This document shows positions 13,044 to 25,942 of a stretch of DNA of 64,000 nt, piece by piece. The notes under the pieces are model-generated. The model was not told where the DNA came from, did no database searches, and saw nothing but the letters and a program-made list of their open reading frames with translations. The stretch is from Enoplolaimus lenunculus (Eukaryota): the NCBI GenBank assembly GCA_030248215.1, contig JASANG010001204.1:62001-126000 (forward strand), given 5' to 3'. The translations under genes and the position numbers were made by a program. Numbering within the stretch: position 1 is the stretch's first letter; each line of letters begins with the position of its first letter.

Positions 13044-15477
13044 GGTCAGCTCACCTTGCTAGAAGGGACTGAAAAAATTTAGGCGCGGCACACAAGGGTT
13101 TTGTTGACTGACAAGCAAGGTTGAAAATTTTGTAGTAGGGGGCCGAAATCTTTGCAGTGTGGCTGAACCCCCATGGCCCCATATGGCTTCTGGTCCATTC
13201 CTTCACGATCAAGTTTTATATAGTGCACAAGTGCAACTGGCATGTTTTAATAATTTTATTTGAGTTTCAAACAGAACTTTCCAGAATTTGCGTAAAACTA
13301 TTGCCTAGCGTCAAAGAGAAAAACAAAATTAAATTAAGACAATTGATGGAAACATAAAAAGTCTCCAGCGATATTTCAAGACGAGTTTACGAGCCTACAG
13401 GGGCGGCAGACCCGGAGATAAGGCATCAGACAATATCCTCCGTTTTTAAAAAAGGATTTTGCTTCCTTTTTTCAAGGCAGGTCTTTTGGATCTCAATTTT
13501 GCAAAAGAAACTGAATCAATTAGATACAGTAAATGGGACGTACACAAGGGGAGGGATAGAGAAGATATATAATCTCGCGAAATTTCTAGAGACATGAAGA
13601 GAACACTATTAACATGTCTTAAAATTTTGATTCTAATGCAAAAGTTGATATTTTTTCATTTCCGGTTCAGAGAAAACTGTTTAATATTTTTGGAAGAATT
13701 ACGGTTCCGCCTTGAAGAGACTTGTTTAAAAAATAACTAAGGTTTATATATGTATTGTCTGCGGACCTAATATCTGGTTTGAGTTTGTGAACTCAAAATC
13801 GCAATAATGGCGCCGCAATAATGGTCAACATGCAAATTATTGCTTTTTTCATACTTTATATATTAATACAAGCATTTTGCTAATTCATTCCGGATATTTA
13901 AATTAGCATCTAAAGTACATATCTTTAAACTACTATTGTGTAACTAACTTGCTCCCGGGCGGTCACCTTTTGTAACACGGATTTAAGCAAGTCCTGCGGC
14001 AAGTAGTAACTTGAATTTCACCGAAATTTAAATTTCGTTTAGTTTCACTGTTTTTGTAGATAATGAAATCACTCAAAATTTAATCAAGCACGAGTGATGC
14101 TGACTTTACCAGATTATGTTGGACCGAACCGTTGAATGGACCTGTCCAGTCCGATCCGTATCGTTTTCGCTAGTCCAATAGACAAGGAACTGTGTCGAAA
14201 ATAAAACGCTGCTTTAAACATTTTTGTGCTTCAAACAAGTTTTCCAAACAGTTTTTGTGACTGAAGAAAGCTTAAATTACATCGCTTGTGTCGCGAAACG
14301 CTATTTTAAATAGCATCAATATTAACGCCTTTTGAAAACTCGTAAAACGTTTTTTTATGTTTGACAGGATTCTGAATTTTAACGAAAATAAATATTTGAA
14401 AAACGATTAAACGCCTTTGTGATCACAATAAATTTGACTGAAGATTAAATAATTTTTATACAAGATAAAACAATGAAATTGCAACTTTTCTGTTATCTCC
14501 TCTAGCCGATGCTTGCCCAACAATAGCCGGATTACAAAAATTTTTGCATTTCCGCTATTCATGGCCAAATAAAACGGAAAAGATCACAAAAGCTTATGCA
14601 GTTCAGAAAACGACGAAAACTGCCAATGTTACCTTTAAGGTCGTAACTGTTGATTAAACAGATTCCTAAAACTAAAGCGTTGAAGAAAGTGTATACCTAA
14701 GCCAAATTCAAAGCTAAAAATATAGTCTAATATCTAAGTCCCTAATCTTTTGCATCTCGACAGAAAACAAGCCGTTCTTAAAAGCGATGGTTCCAGGATG
14801 AAACAGGTCTGCCTTCGGCGTCGACTTCGGTAGAAAATTGACCTACGGTTCAGACAATTCCGGTAGTAAAACTTTTCGCCTTTTATAAAATAGGTGCAGT
14901 TCTATGCGTTTGCCTGTACGTTTGGATCAACATAGCAGATAATATTGTCAAATTTAATATAATTGTTACGTAAACTTTGTTTCACTTCCGGCTCTGGCTC
15001 CAGCTACCGAAAAATTTGATGACCTCTGGTTTCGGCTCCGGTTATTCACCTCTGTTTACACACTGCATTTTGCCCTCCAAAAGGGAAATTCGGGCTACGC
15101 TTCTGGCTTTACAGGAAACTGCACGTTTTAGAATAAGAAAACTGAAGCCAAATGCACGCAATGTCACTAACCTCAACTTTGCCACTTTTGCGCAAAACTA
15201 AAAAAAACACCGAATGTTCTGGGTTCGTTTTATATTAGGTTTCAAATAAGTAAACAAGTTTTTTAGCCTATTTTAAAACTGGTTTAACATAGTTTTCAGT
15301 TGATAATAGAACCAACCAGCAACCACCTTATGTATATATTATGAGTGTATTCTACGTAGGTCGTTTTGTAGTTTTAGTTGTCGACGAAAAAATGCTGGTT
15401 TATCTGAAGGATTTCAAGACGCTTTAGAAAAGTTTAAGGAATACAACAAAATCAACCTGGAGTAAAAGGATTCTTAC

Positions 15478-15791
15478 ATGGTGTAACCGGCCATTCGTTT
15501 CCGTTTCCGTTAAAAATCGATTTCGGTTTCCGTTTCCGTTATAGATGTACCGGAAAAATTTTTTTTTTTATATAATAATTTTTATCTTTTTTTTATTTTA
15601 TTATTAAAAAATGAAAAAAAACTCGTCAAAAACCATTTTTCTCAAAATTTTAAAAAACCAAAAACACGCCTCAATTCTAGTGCCAAAAAAATAAACCGCA
15701 TTCGAACATTTTTACTCGTTTTTCGTTTCCGTTATTTTGGTTTACTATTCGTTTCCGTTTCCGTTATTTTTTACTATCCGATTACATCCTG
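15478..15791. mobile_element. MITE with CGTTTC subterminal repeats
   Basis: Ends CATGGTGTAACCGG / CCGATTACATCCTG; TTCGTTTCCGTTTCCGTT blocks near both ends. Confidence 0.55.
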
Positions 15792-16261
15792 AATTCTACA
15801 CGTTACTCCATGTAAAGCAAAGCCTTGGAGCGTGTTGATTTAGTGGTGATTGCAGTGAATCTATTCATATGTATAACTACAATAGCATGCTACCACCTGT
15901 GGTTTGCCTTCGGCTCCGGTTGAACAACTTTTTTGTCCATCTGTTAGCAAAAATGCCGAATTTTTACAATCAAAACAAATGTTTTGCAAACATTCTTATT
16001 TCCATAACCATAGATCGAAGCGTTAGCAATTATTTGTGCTGGACAATTAACGCAGGGTGCAAAAGCTGAAGAATTGTCAAACTAAAACGTCATAATTACT
16101 TAAATCCTGCTTTACAACCAAATGAAGCTTAGGGGAACAACGTAATGTTTGGTTCCGGTTACTCAACTCCGGTTGCAACTTGCTATTTAACCAGAAAAAT
16201 TAGTTGCATTCGAACGCTTGTTAAAAATTTCGTCTGGTACAATATAGGTACTATAAAGCTT

Positions 16262-16640
16262 GGTCCGCATTCTGAAATGTGTGTGGCACCTATCGCCAGT
16301 TGGTGATAGGACTTGTAACTTTCGAACCAGTGAACGCTGACGCTCAAAATACAGCACATTTCTCGCATATGATTTGCTCTAAATGATACTTGCTAGACAC
16401 ATTTAAGAATATGGGCCCTATCTGTAATTAAACAATAACCTGCTTGCAAACAGATCTGTTTCTAATTAGTACTGATGCTAAATGCATATAGGACAGTTCT
16501 TAAGCTGTTTACTAGTCAATTGTGCACCCTAGTTCTCTCCCAACAAACTGCGCTGAACGCTTGTTGCAAATTTTATGTCTAGTCGGTTGATCTACATATC
16601 CTAGATCATTAAAATAAAACGACTGATTCATATCTTTGGG
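16262..16640. repeat. GGGCCC-ended MITE plus flank, duplicated at 58047-58415
   Basis: Long colinear match to about 58047-58415; same family as about 18112-18333 and 58675-58897 (TIR GGCCCGTATTCTCAAATG). Confidence 0.65.
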
Positions 16641-17042
16641 CGTATTCAGTTCTCTCCCCGCGCTTTTGTTTGCCCAAAAATGGTTGCATTTTAAAAGGTT
16701 TTGCATATTGGAACTTCTCACGACCTCTACTGATCATTCGACGCCCAAATTTTAATTTTTGAAAAATTCGACTTTTTAACGTCCCGAAATTCCCCCGTGG
16801 CACCCAAAAACGTTTTGTTAATAGTTAGACAAGTTATATACCATTCGACACAGATTGCGTAGTTGACTTAAATGGGGTTATATTTTTTGCAATGAGGCAT
16901 TTTATAATCAAATAAAGGATTTGACGCCGTCCCAAACCATTGGCAGCGTGCCAAATCAGTTAATTGTACACAACTCGTTAGCCAGACGTCTGATGACGGA
17001 AAACTTAACATAATTACACTGTCTTGTACAATATAAATATAC

Positions 17043-18095
17043 CAGGGTTGTTGGCCGGAACAAAATACCGGAAAAAATGGTTTTTTCCATTTTTTCTATT
17101 ATTTTCCGAGGGGGGGTGGAAAAAATGGAAAAAATGGACAAATATTAAACGATTCTTAAATATAATTTGCAACTAAATATGATATGAAATAACGTTTTTA
17201 GACGACATGTAACTAATTTTCATGAAACACATTAACAGTGACCGTGTGTATATCTCCACCAGGACACATTATATGACCGAAAACAGCGAAAATCGCAGTA
17301 TTTGAATATATAAATGGATATCAGATTTGAAGCTTTGCCACGAGATTCAATATAAAACTACATATGCGTTTTGTTCGGTTCACTTACCAGGTTTCGTCGA
17401 CAGTGGGGCCAAAGTTTGGGCGCTCAAAATTGAAAGCTGCTTTTACCATATGATTTGACTCAAGAATACGTCTAGCTTCAACCTTGATTTGCTCGCGAGG
17501 TTGCAGCTATTGAGTGGCTTTGATGTCAAAAACCCAAAAGTGTTTTGGGATTTTATACATATACTTACAAAAAACAAGTATGACTTCTTTAGCTGGCTCC
17601 ACTCATGAGTTTCAGATCGCGCCAAAACTTAAATTTTTAAAAAATTTAAATTTAAGGTCCCAAATTCCTCCATTGGACTCAATTTTTTTTGTCGGAAAAT
17701 TATACAAATTATATATAATTGGACACGAGTTTACGGAGCTAAGTCGAATATTGTCAATTGTTTCCCAATCAGACGTCTGGCTAACGAGTCAGTGATATAT
17801 AATTTGTCCAACTTATCGAAAAAAATTTGGGTCCCAATGGGCTGAACTTGTGGCCTTAAAAACCGAATTTCTCAAAATTTAGATTTGGGTTTGGAACGAT
17901 CAGGGGATGTCATCATAAGCTCAAATGTGCAGAAAGTTTCAAAATGCAAGCATTTTTGGGCAAACGCCGGCTAAGCGTATTTTGACCGATCACTCAGACA
18001 AAGAGTGAATTTTTCCATTTTTCCATTTTTTTCGGAAAAAAATGGAAAAAATTCATTTTTTCCGGTCATAATTTTTTCCGAAAAAAACAACCCGG
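17043..18095. mobile_element. Non-autonomous DNA element with GGAAAAAAT subterminal repeats and nested fragments
   Basis: Ends CAGGGTTGTT / AACAACCCGG with mirrored GGAAAAAATGG / CCATTTTTTC blocks. The interior includes a segment related to about 6150-6420, 16650-16990 and 54660-55010. Confidence 0.5.
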
Positions 18096-20729
18096 ATAAG
18101 TACTATAAGTTGGCCCGTATTATGAAATGTGTGTGGCCCCTATCACCAGTTGGTGTAGGACTTGTATTAACTTTCGATCCAGTGAATGTTGAGGCTCGAA
18201 ATTTTTCACATTTTCAAATATGATTTGTTCTACTTCTGTACCAATATTGAGTTCAGAAGCTGTACCAGTTAGTGCGATTGAAAACCTATTACTAACTGAT
18301 AATAGTTGCTATACACATTTAAGAATACGGACCATTGACCTAGGCGACATAGCTATTAGAAAATATATGTGATTCTACCAAATGAACTGCAAAAGTTTTG
18401 CCATTTGCACCACATATATCGCGTTTTATATTTCTTGTTAGGCAGTCGATAAACAAAACAGACGTAGCTCATCAATGTCAGACTTCATTCTTTTATACTG
18501 ATATACCTAAAGATTAAGTTCAATATAGAATATGTCACGATAGATTGACTATAGGTTTAGAAGACCATTTGAAATAAAAACTCTGAAATGTTAACTGGAT
18601 TCCGAAAAATTTCACCACGGAAATGTTAAAAACAACTTTTTTCAGTTCAAATTTGCAATTTAATTTAATGAAAAATAGAAATTTATGCGAAGTGCAATTT
18701 TCTTTAAAGAGCACATCTTGCACTCAAGTATGTCACGGAAAAATTGTAACCGAAAATATGGACGTGAGACACATGTTGGTAAAATGTCGCATAGGCACGT
18801 CTTTTTCACTATTCTGGGCAATTTTTCATGTGGCTATAGGTAGAGTAAAAATACGGGAAATTTCCAGGTGCATAGATTTTTTAAATTTTCTCCACGAACC
18901 CGGCATGTAATTTCCAAGCTAATACCCTGGCAATGACCATAACCAAAGTGAATATATCCTGGTTGTTTAAGTATATATGTTTATATTTTCGCTGAAATAA
19001 TACGCCGACCAAAGACCACGAACAAGCTCTGTGATCAGTGCAGCGATCGATCACAATACTTAACCAGCACGAAGCACCAGATTAGTTCAATTCCGCAGAA
19101 ATGTCCATTTTGTCTCATGTACCTCTCCAGAAACTTTCGGGGAACAACTATGTTCCCGTAATTCACACATGCGAATAACTTCCTAAAACCGGTAAACAAA
19201 ATGCTAATTTCGAACTACACTGTAGGTATTTCAAACGTAACATATTTTCACCTTTCACAATATTTGGTATTTACGCTATGCAACGAAGTGGAACACGCGA
19301 TCAAAATGAAAGTCATCATCGTGCATTTCATATGCACTTCTTGAAATTTAATCACATATAGCTAGCGTACTCTAAAATAAGTGACATTTCTTGCAAAACT
19401 CATTTAGGACGAAGACTAGCCATTGTATCAAGTGTTGTACTGTGTACAGAATCTGTGATATTGCTCCGTTAATTCTTTCCGATATTTTGTTTATAAATAT
19501 AAATACATACCGACCAGGATGCAACTGGAGGTGAAAAATTTTGGAGCCGAAAGTTGGAGATATTTTTTGGAAAATCTCGGCAATTAACTCAATGAAACTG
19601 TCCAAAATGTTACTTACAAACAAAAGCAACGAAAAATTGAATTTTTCTAAACCTAAGAAAAATTTTGCTATCGAAATTGCAGGAACTGATGGTAGAAATT
19701 CTGCTTGAGTCGTAGCCGAAGGCGGAGGTCGATTTTCTGCAGGACCAGGAGGCAGATCTCCAGTTGTGCCTTTATAACAACTGAGATTAGGAAAGCCATC
19801 TCGGATCCTATATGCCGCTGGTGTTACTTCTACTGGAAACAATTTTAATATACAAGAAAGTTGCCAATGAAAATCACAATTAGTTTACATACACAAACTA
19901 AACTTTTAGTCTGCTTTACTAAATTATCTGCACCATCTCTGCTTACATTTTCCCAACAGTAAGTTACGCATGTCCTTGTTTTACGTTTTGCTACAACGTT
20001 AGGCGCTAAACCCGTTTCATTGGTGTAGAATATCCAATAAATACTTCGGTTGTTCGTTTAGAGAAGAAAGTTTACTAGTCAATTTACGATAAACAACAAT
20101 TCTTCACGCTGAGAACTCAACACATGTGATACCCTGATTGCTAGAAAATGTCTAACCGAAAACCAATCACTGATTTAGATTTCCTTGTATAATATGCCCG
20201 AAAAATAGCGGGCAAAAATTAATTTGCTTAATCTTATAATTATCCAGCATAAACTTCTAAAAACAGTTTTACTTACAACTTTTTCGGCGACTCGTTTATA
20301 TTCCAAAACTTAACAAACACCTAGATTTCCAGATCGCAAATTGTGCGTTTTGGATGATAAAAAAGCATGTTTGAGTATATTTAGAACTAAATTTTCGGTC
20401 TAAAACTATGTCGTTTTCATTAAGTGTGTCAAGTTGAGCGAATGGTTGCATTAAAGCTGGTTAGCATAAAAATCTTGCGCCCAAGTACATTCTAAAAACA
20501 CGTGGACATTATCTTCAACAACTGTTATTCCTATGGAAAAGCAATAATAACAAAAGTTTGGTGTGAGTAAATTTTGACAAGCTGTCGTTTGTGTACAATC
20601 TTTTGCGGCGAAGCTTATAATGTAAACGTCTGATCTTCCCTACTACAAACGTTGGTTTAACTCGTTCCCATGATTTGCAAAAATAATCTGAATCCACATT
20701 AAGTACATTTTCGCATTGAGAAATATGTT

Positions 20730-21382
20730 TTTGTGGTTTGTAAACAATTTATTCAGATTCCTAGCAGCCAAAAACCTTCAGTAATCCTAACAATTATTGA
20801 AATAATTTAAAAAGTCCCAATTTTGTCTTGTCAATTAAGCTAATATGCAAATTAGCTATTAGCTAACTATTCAATTATCGGTTTTACCGTTTTGTAAACA
20901 ATTTATTCATATTTCTTGCACCTAAAAATTCTTTAGTGGTGAAATTAGATTGCTTTTAACCTTAATCATTAGTTAAATATTGCAAAAAGTCCTGATTTAG
21001 GCTTATAAAATATGCTAATATGCAAATTATTTATTAGCTAACTACTCAATTATCGGTTTTGGAGGTTTGTAAACAGTCTACTCAGATTCCTCGCACCCAA
21101 AAACCCTTTAATGCCTAGATTTGATTGCTTGTAACTGTAATAATTAATGAAATAACGTAGACAGCCCTAATTTAGGCTTAACTAATTATGCAAATTAGCC
21201 TCTAGCTAATAAACGGCTCAAAATTTTAAAATATCAACGCGAGACTAACATTCCAGGATAATTGGCTTTCAAACAAAAAATGTTTATCAAAATCGGACAG
21301 ATAGACGGACGGACGGACATCCACGTTTCACCCCAGAGTACAAAATATAAAACGCTGCGCGAAACTTCGAGCTTCACTCAAT
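20730..21382 (+). mobile_element. Helentron/DINE-1-like non-autonomous element with 150-180-bp internal tandem repeats
   Basis: About three degenerate units (TTGTAAACAATTTATTCAGATTCC...TATGCAAATTAGCTATTAGCTA), then a (GACG)n/GACAGATA microsatellite at about 21295-21320 and a GC-rich terminal motif. Confidence 0.45.
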
Positions 21383-22059
21383 CACCACTTAATTCAACAA
21401 GTGAAGATGCTATTGTTCGGCTTTCTATTACAAAACCAATGGCTTCTGAAGTATCAAAAAGGGACCATATGATGACGAAACATGCACCAGCTTTAACGTC
21501 CCCTGCATTGGAATATAAATAAAAAATTTTAAAATTTGGGATGCAAATTCGGTTAAACAGATTTGAAAATATCACAAAGCCAAGCAACTTTAGCGTGACA
21601 CCGCTAGATTTTATTGCGGTCCGTAAGTTTCATTATCTGTTTCGCGTTACCAGTGTCACCAGTCAACATGCATTTCCATCATCCAATGAATTGTTCCACT
21701 CATAAATACGGATCGTCTAAAATTTTAATCGGCCACCCATTCATCAAATTGGACAACAAGCTGTTTTCGGGGTGTTCATGACGATAAATGTCGAACAAAG
21801 TTGATCATTTTTACTAAAAGGTGGCAATGAATTTTGCTTACAATGCATGTAGCACGAAAAGGCATTTTAAATAAGGCTAATTATTAATAGCCATCTGGCG
21901 GTACAACGCTAGTATCTAGCTAGATTTTTTTATATATTGTGTTTACATCGTAGACAAAATGTTCTTTACCCACTTTACACCAGTGTTTAACTTACTTAAA
22001 ACTAGTCGGCGCAGTGAGAACTTCATTCACAAAAATTGGCAACAGCTAGGTACTTAACA

Positions 22060-22417
22060 ATGTACAACCGCAGGTCTGCCTTCGGTTCCGGCAAAAAATC
22101 TGCCTTCGGCTCCGATAGAATTTTTGCCGGAGGTTTCGGCAATTTCGGTAGTAATATTTTTGCATAATTTTGCAAAATTTATAAGTTTAGCACGTTTCGT
22201 TTTGCTTTTGTCACATTTTTCGCGAAAGAACTTTCAAAATTTCGCAAAAAATTAGCGTAAAACCAAACAACTTAAAAATATATCGATGATATTGGCTAAA
22301 AATAACTAATTACCCATCATTGTTACTAAGTACCTAGTTTCACCCGGCTCCGGCAAGTTTGATTCACCTCTGGTCTCGGCTCCGGCTCCGGTATTTTTCT
22401 CCTCCGGTTGCACCCTG
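22060..22417. mobile_element. MITE of the CAGGGTGCAACCGG family
   Basis: Right end CCGGTTGCACCCTGG; body matches about 14793-15064 and 24831-25173. Confidence 0.6.
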
Positions 22418-24830
22418 GTACTTCAGGTCGCTCATAAATTGAAAATCTACAATTCTGCTTTACTGTTTACATCAAAGTAAGTTTAACTTGATCAAATTTA
22501 AAAAACGACTTTTATATATTAACACAAAACACTAGGCATTGGAGATTTCCAAAAACTAGCAGTTTTAATACTTCAACGCAATACGGCTTTAGTGAGATTT
22601 GTTGCGAAAAGCCAAATTCGCAGCATCCAACTTGTTGAAACTATTTTGTGGCCGAAATCGTACCGGAGACCGATCAGGTTGTCAAAAGAAAACTTTAATC
22701 TAATAACCAAATACATGATTGTGACGTGTTTTTGAACCGAAGCCTATACCAGCGAAAAACCCCACAGACCACAGCCGCCGCAAGCGTTACGTTCTTGACA
22801 CAAGTAAACATTGGCCAGCGTTATATTTGACCTTAATAGATTCAGACATGGCATATGACCGAAACAGGAGTTTTGTTTATTAGCTATACGCTCCGAATCC
22901 TCATCAGTGTGTATTAACATGCATTACCTGTCGGTAATGAGTCTTTTAGGTTTCAAACCAGAAAATTGTCAGGCTTGAAATTCAGCCGATTTTCAGTATT
23001 ATTTGGTTTACTTACTTCTGTCAATTTTGGGATCCGCCATTCCAAAAGTTCGGCTGTCTGAACACATATTGCTGCTAACCGGTGGAGTGAAGATGCGATG
23101 CTTGATAAATTTAAGAACACAGTGTTAGATTTACAGGGGCGTTGCTAAAAGTTTGAAAGATGGACTAGGTTACTTTTGTTACCAACTAAAAAAGTTCCCA
23201 AACCATTGGGCAAATATCAAAGAGGGATTGACTCTTGAAGCCGCCTTGGCTACGCCATTATGGACCATACAACGAGAGTATAAATATTAATTTTAGCTGC
23301 GATACTAAAACCCATGATTACAATTTCACTAAGGTCAGTCATACCAAGTACTTGTTTTTGCTGTGGTCAGTTACAATTCCACGCATGTTGATGAAAACAA
23401 CTCATTTAATTTTTCTGCTCAAAACCTGTCAATCGTAATTAAATTGTAAACAAGCCTTGAACACAAATCCACAACAAGTGCGAAGTCAATCTGAAAATGC
23501 ATACACAAATAAAAATAGAATACAATTTGGTCTACATTGATTTGACGGCTGACCGGATCCGTCAATTATTTGATCCTAGAATTACATTCAGACATCAGTT
23601 TATCGAAATCAACATTTCCCTGAGACTTCTTTCAGTCACAAACTGGATATGATGTCTACGAGCAAATATTACAGAACTAAAGGCACACCACTGTCCAGTT
23701 TATTCTTTTCAATACATGATACACATTTGTGGAGTGGACAATTATTTACAAAACAAAAAATTTCTTGCTAAATGAAGTATAAATTCACCTTAAAGGCAAC
23801 TACTGTTTGCTGTAAGTATTTATGCAAAAATAACTCAGTTGTACTGCTGCACAAGATATTATAAGTCAGAAAGAGCTCAGTTCCCACCAAGCGGGTAGAT
23901 CACCTAGGCTTAGGCAGCGAAAGAAAACAATAAACGCTAACTTACAAGCATAGTAGCTGACTATACTTTGCCAAAGTTTATTAGTAACGAAAAATAATAC
24001 CCGAGTTAACAAAACAAAGCACTAAATAAACTAGAAACAATATTAACATCCAATGAAAAATTCACCTTACCCTCTGCTACGTTTTGAGCCTACAAAGCAT
24101 CCAGGTCAGCTTGAATTTCCGGTGTCGACTGCCCAATAGCCCACCGATCACCGCACGTTGGTGACATCTGTACGGATATGATTCATTTCTGTGGACTCCC
24201 GACCGAGTAATCCATAGCCAAGAAACGTCAAACCATTTGAATCGTACTGTGAAGCCAAAGCTAAATTAATATTTCACTTGCAGGGTTAAACAAAATACAC
24301 ATCTATATGTTGTTGTCAATATTCGCAGTTGGTTTTAAATACATTTGAAAACAGTTTCACATACCACAGTGTTAATCTTACATTTATGGTAAAGATAACG
24401 GAAACGCATAATGATTAAAAAATATATAAACGCATAGTGATTAAAATAGCGGAAACGAGCAGGATATTACTGGAGTCCCGGCTCCTGCCGAAAATCGATC
24501 TCCTGTTTCGGCTCCATTACAATTTCTACCGGAGGTCTCGGTAATTTCGGTAGTGAAAATTATATGTTTTACATCGCACAATTTTGAAGAAATTGTCGAG
24601 ATTTCGTAAAAAATAAGCGTAAACCAATCGATTAACAGTACCTTACAAATATTTGCTAAAATTGGCATACAAACACCATTTTAGTCTCACTTCTGAAACC
24701 AAGAACCAAAATGACGTAACACACATACCAATAATTAAAAAAGTTATAAGACAGTAAACAGTCACAGCCCACAAATATCTGTATGGTTAAACAAGGTATA
24801 ATCCCAATTCAGGTTTCAAACTCGGGTATA

Positions 24831-25173
24831 TCAGGGCACAACCGGAGGTCTGCCACAATATCCCGCCCCAGTGGAATTTTTGCCAGAGATTCCGGCAATT
24901 CAGTTTTGAATTTTTGATTATTTTTGAAAAATTTGTTTGTTTGGTGCGTCTCGTTTTAGCTATTGGTACAATTTTGAGCAAAAAATGTCGCGATTTTGTA
25001 AAAAGTAAAGCCTAAATCGAAAGATTCAACAACACCTTAAAGATATTTGCAAAAATTAGCAAATTAAACATGATTTTTAGCTACTTAATTTCTATCAACT
25101 CAGGTTTCACCTCCGGCTAGGGCAAACATTGTTGACGTCCAACGCCGGTATTTTCCCCTCGGTTACACCCTGG
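24831..25173. mobile_element. MITE of the CAGGGTGCAACCGG family
   Basis: Ends CAGGGCACAACCGGAGG / CCTCGGTTACACCCTGG. Confidence 0.65.
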
Positions 25174-25415
25174 TATATAGACAACTACGTAGTACAGGAT
25201 ACATCTATTAATTTCACTAATATAATTTAATGCTATATAATACCAACATTAGTCGAAGCTTTTTTGCAAAAATTTCTCATAAAAGCTTTGGCCAATGTGA
25301 CTTTTACGGCCGTAGCTGTAGAATAAGCCTATTCCTATCCTAAGCCTATTGTGAACGATGTATGAAATCTCACATAGCTGCAAACGACGCCCATGAGCTT
25401 AAATTAAAATGGATA

Positions 25416-25866
25416 CTGTTGCGACCCGAATAAGAGATGTGGTAATAGGTACCCAAGAATAGGAGTCCGTATGCCTAATAAGAGTCCATACGCCTAATAA
25501 GAGTCCGTAAGCGGCGAAGTTCCTAAACCCTACACTCCATAAATGTCAATTATCCCTAATTATAGCGCATAAATGACTCCAGGACCAAATAACGTTGAGT
25601 TTGAAACTTTAATGCATATGAACTTACTTAAGTTTTGAAAGTACATTCCTATAAAAAGTGTAACCTTGCATTCTCGCTCAAGCTTTTGATACAAGACAAA
25701 TAAACGTTTAATTCAACCTATAGATGCAATACCGAATATATATCAGTAATGAAGGGCGGCAGAGGGCGGGCTAAAAATTAATAACAGTCCGTAACCGAAT
25801 AACAGGGGGTGCCCTCTAGAGAGGCCAAATAATATCAATCCCTTCTCTTATATTCGGATCACCACA
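25416..25866. mobile_element. MITE of the CTGTAGTGACCCGAATAA family
   Basis: Ends CTGTTGCGACCCGAATAA / TATTCGGATCACCACA; includes a short internal GCCTAATAAGAGTCC repeat. Confidence 0.7.
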
Positions 25867-25870
25867 AGAT

Positions 25871-25942
25871 AAACGAACTGCCTCATGAGGGTACGCGAAA
25901 CAAACGAACTGCCTCATGAGGGTACGCGAAACAAACGAACTG
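25871..25942. repeat. 31-bp tandem repeat, 2.3 copies
   Basis: AAACGAACTGCCTCATGAGGGTACGCGAAAC twice, then AAACGAACTG. Confidence 0.85.
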
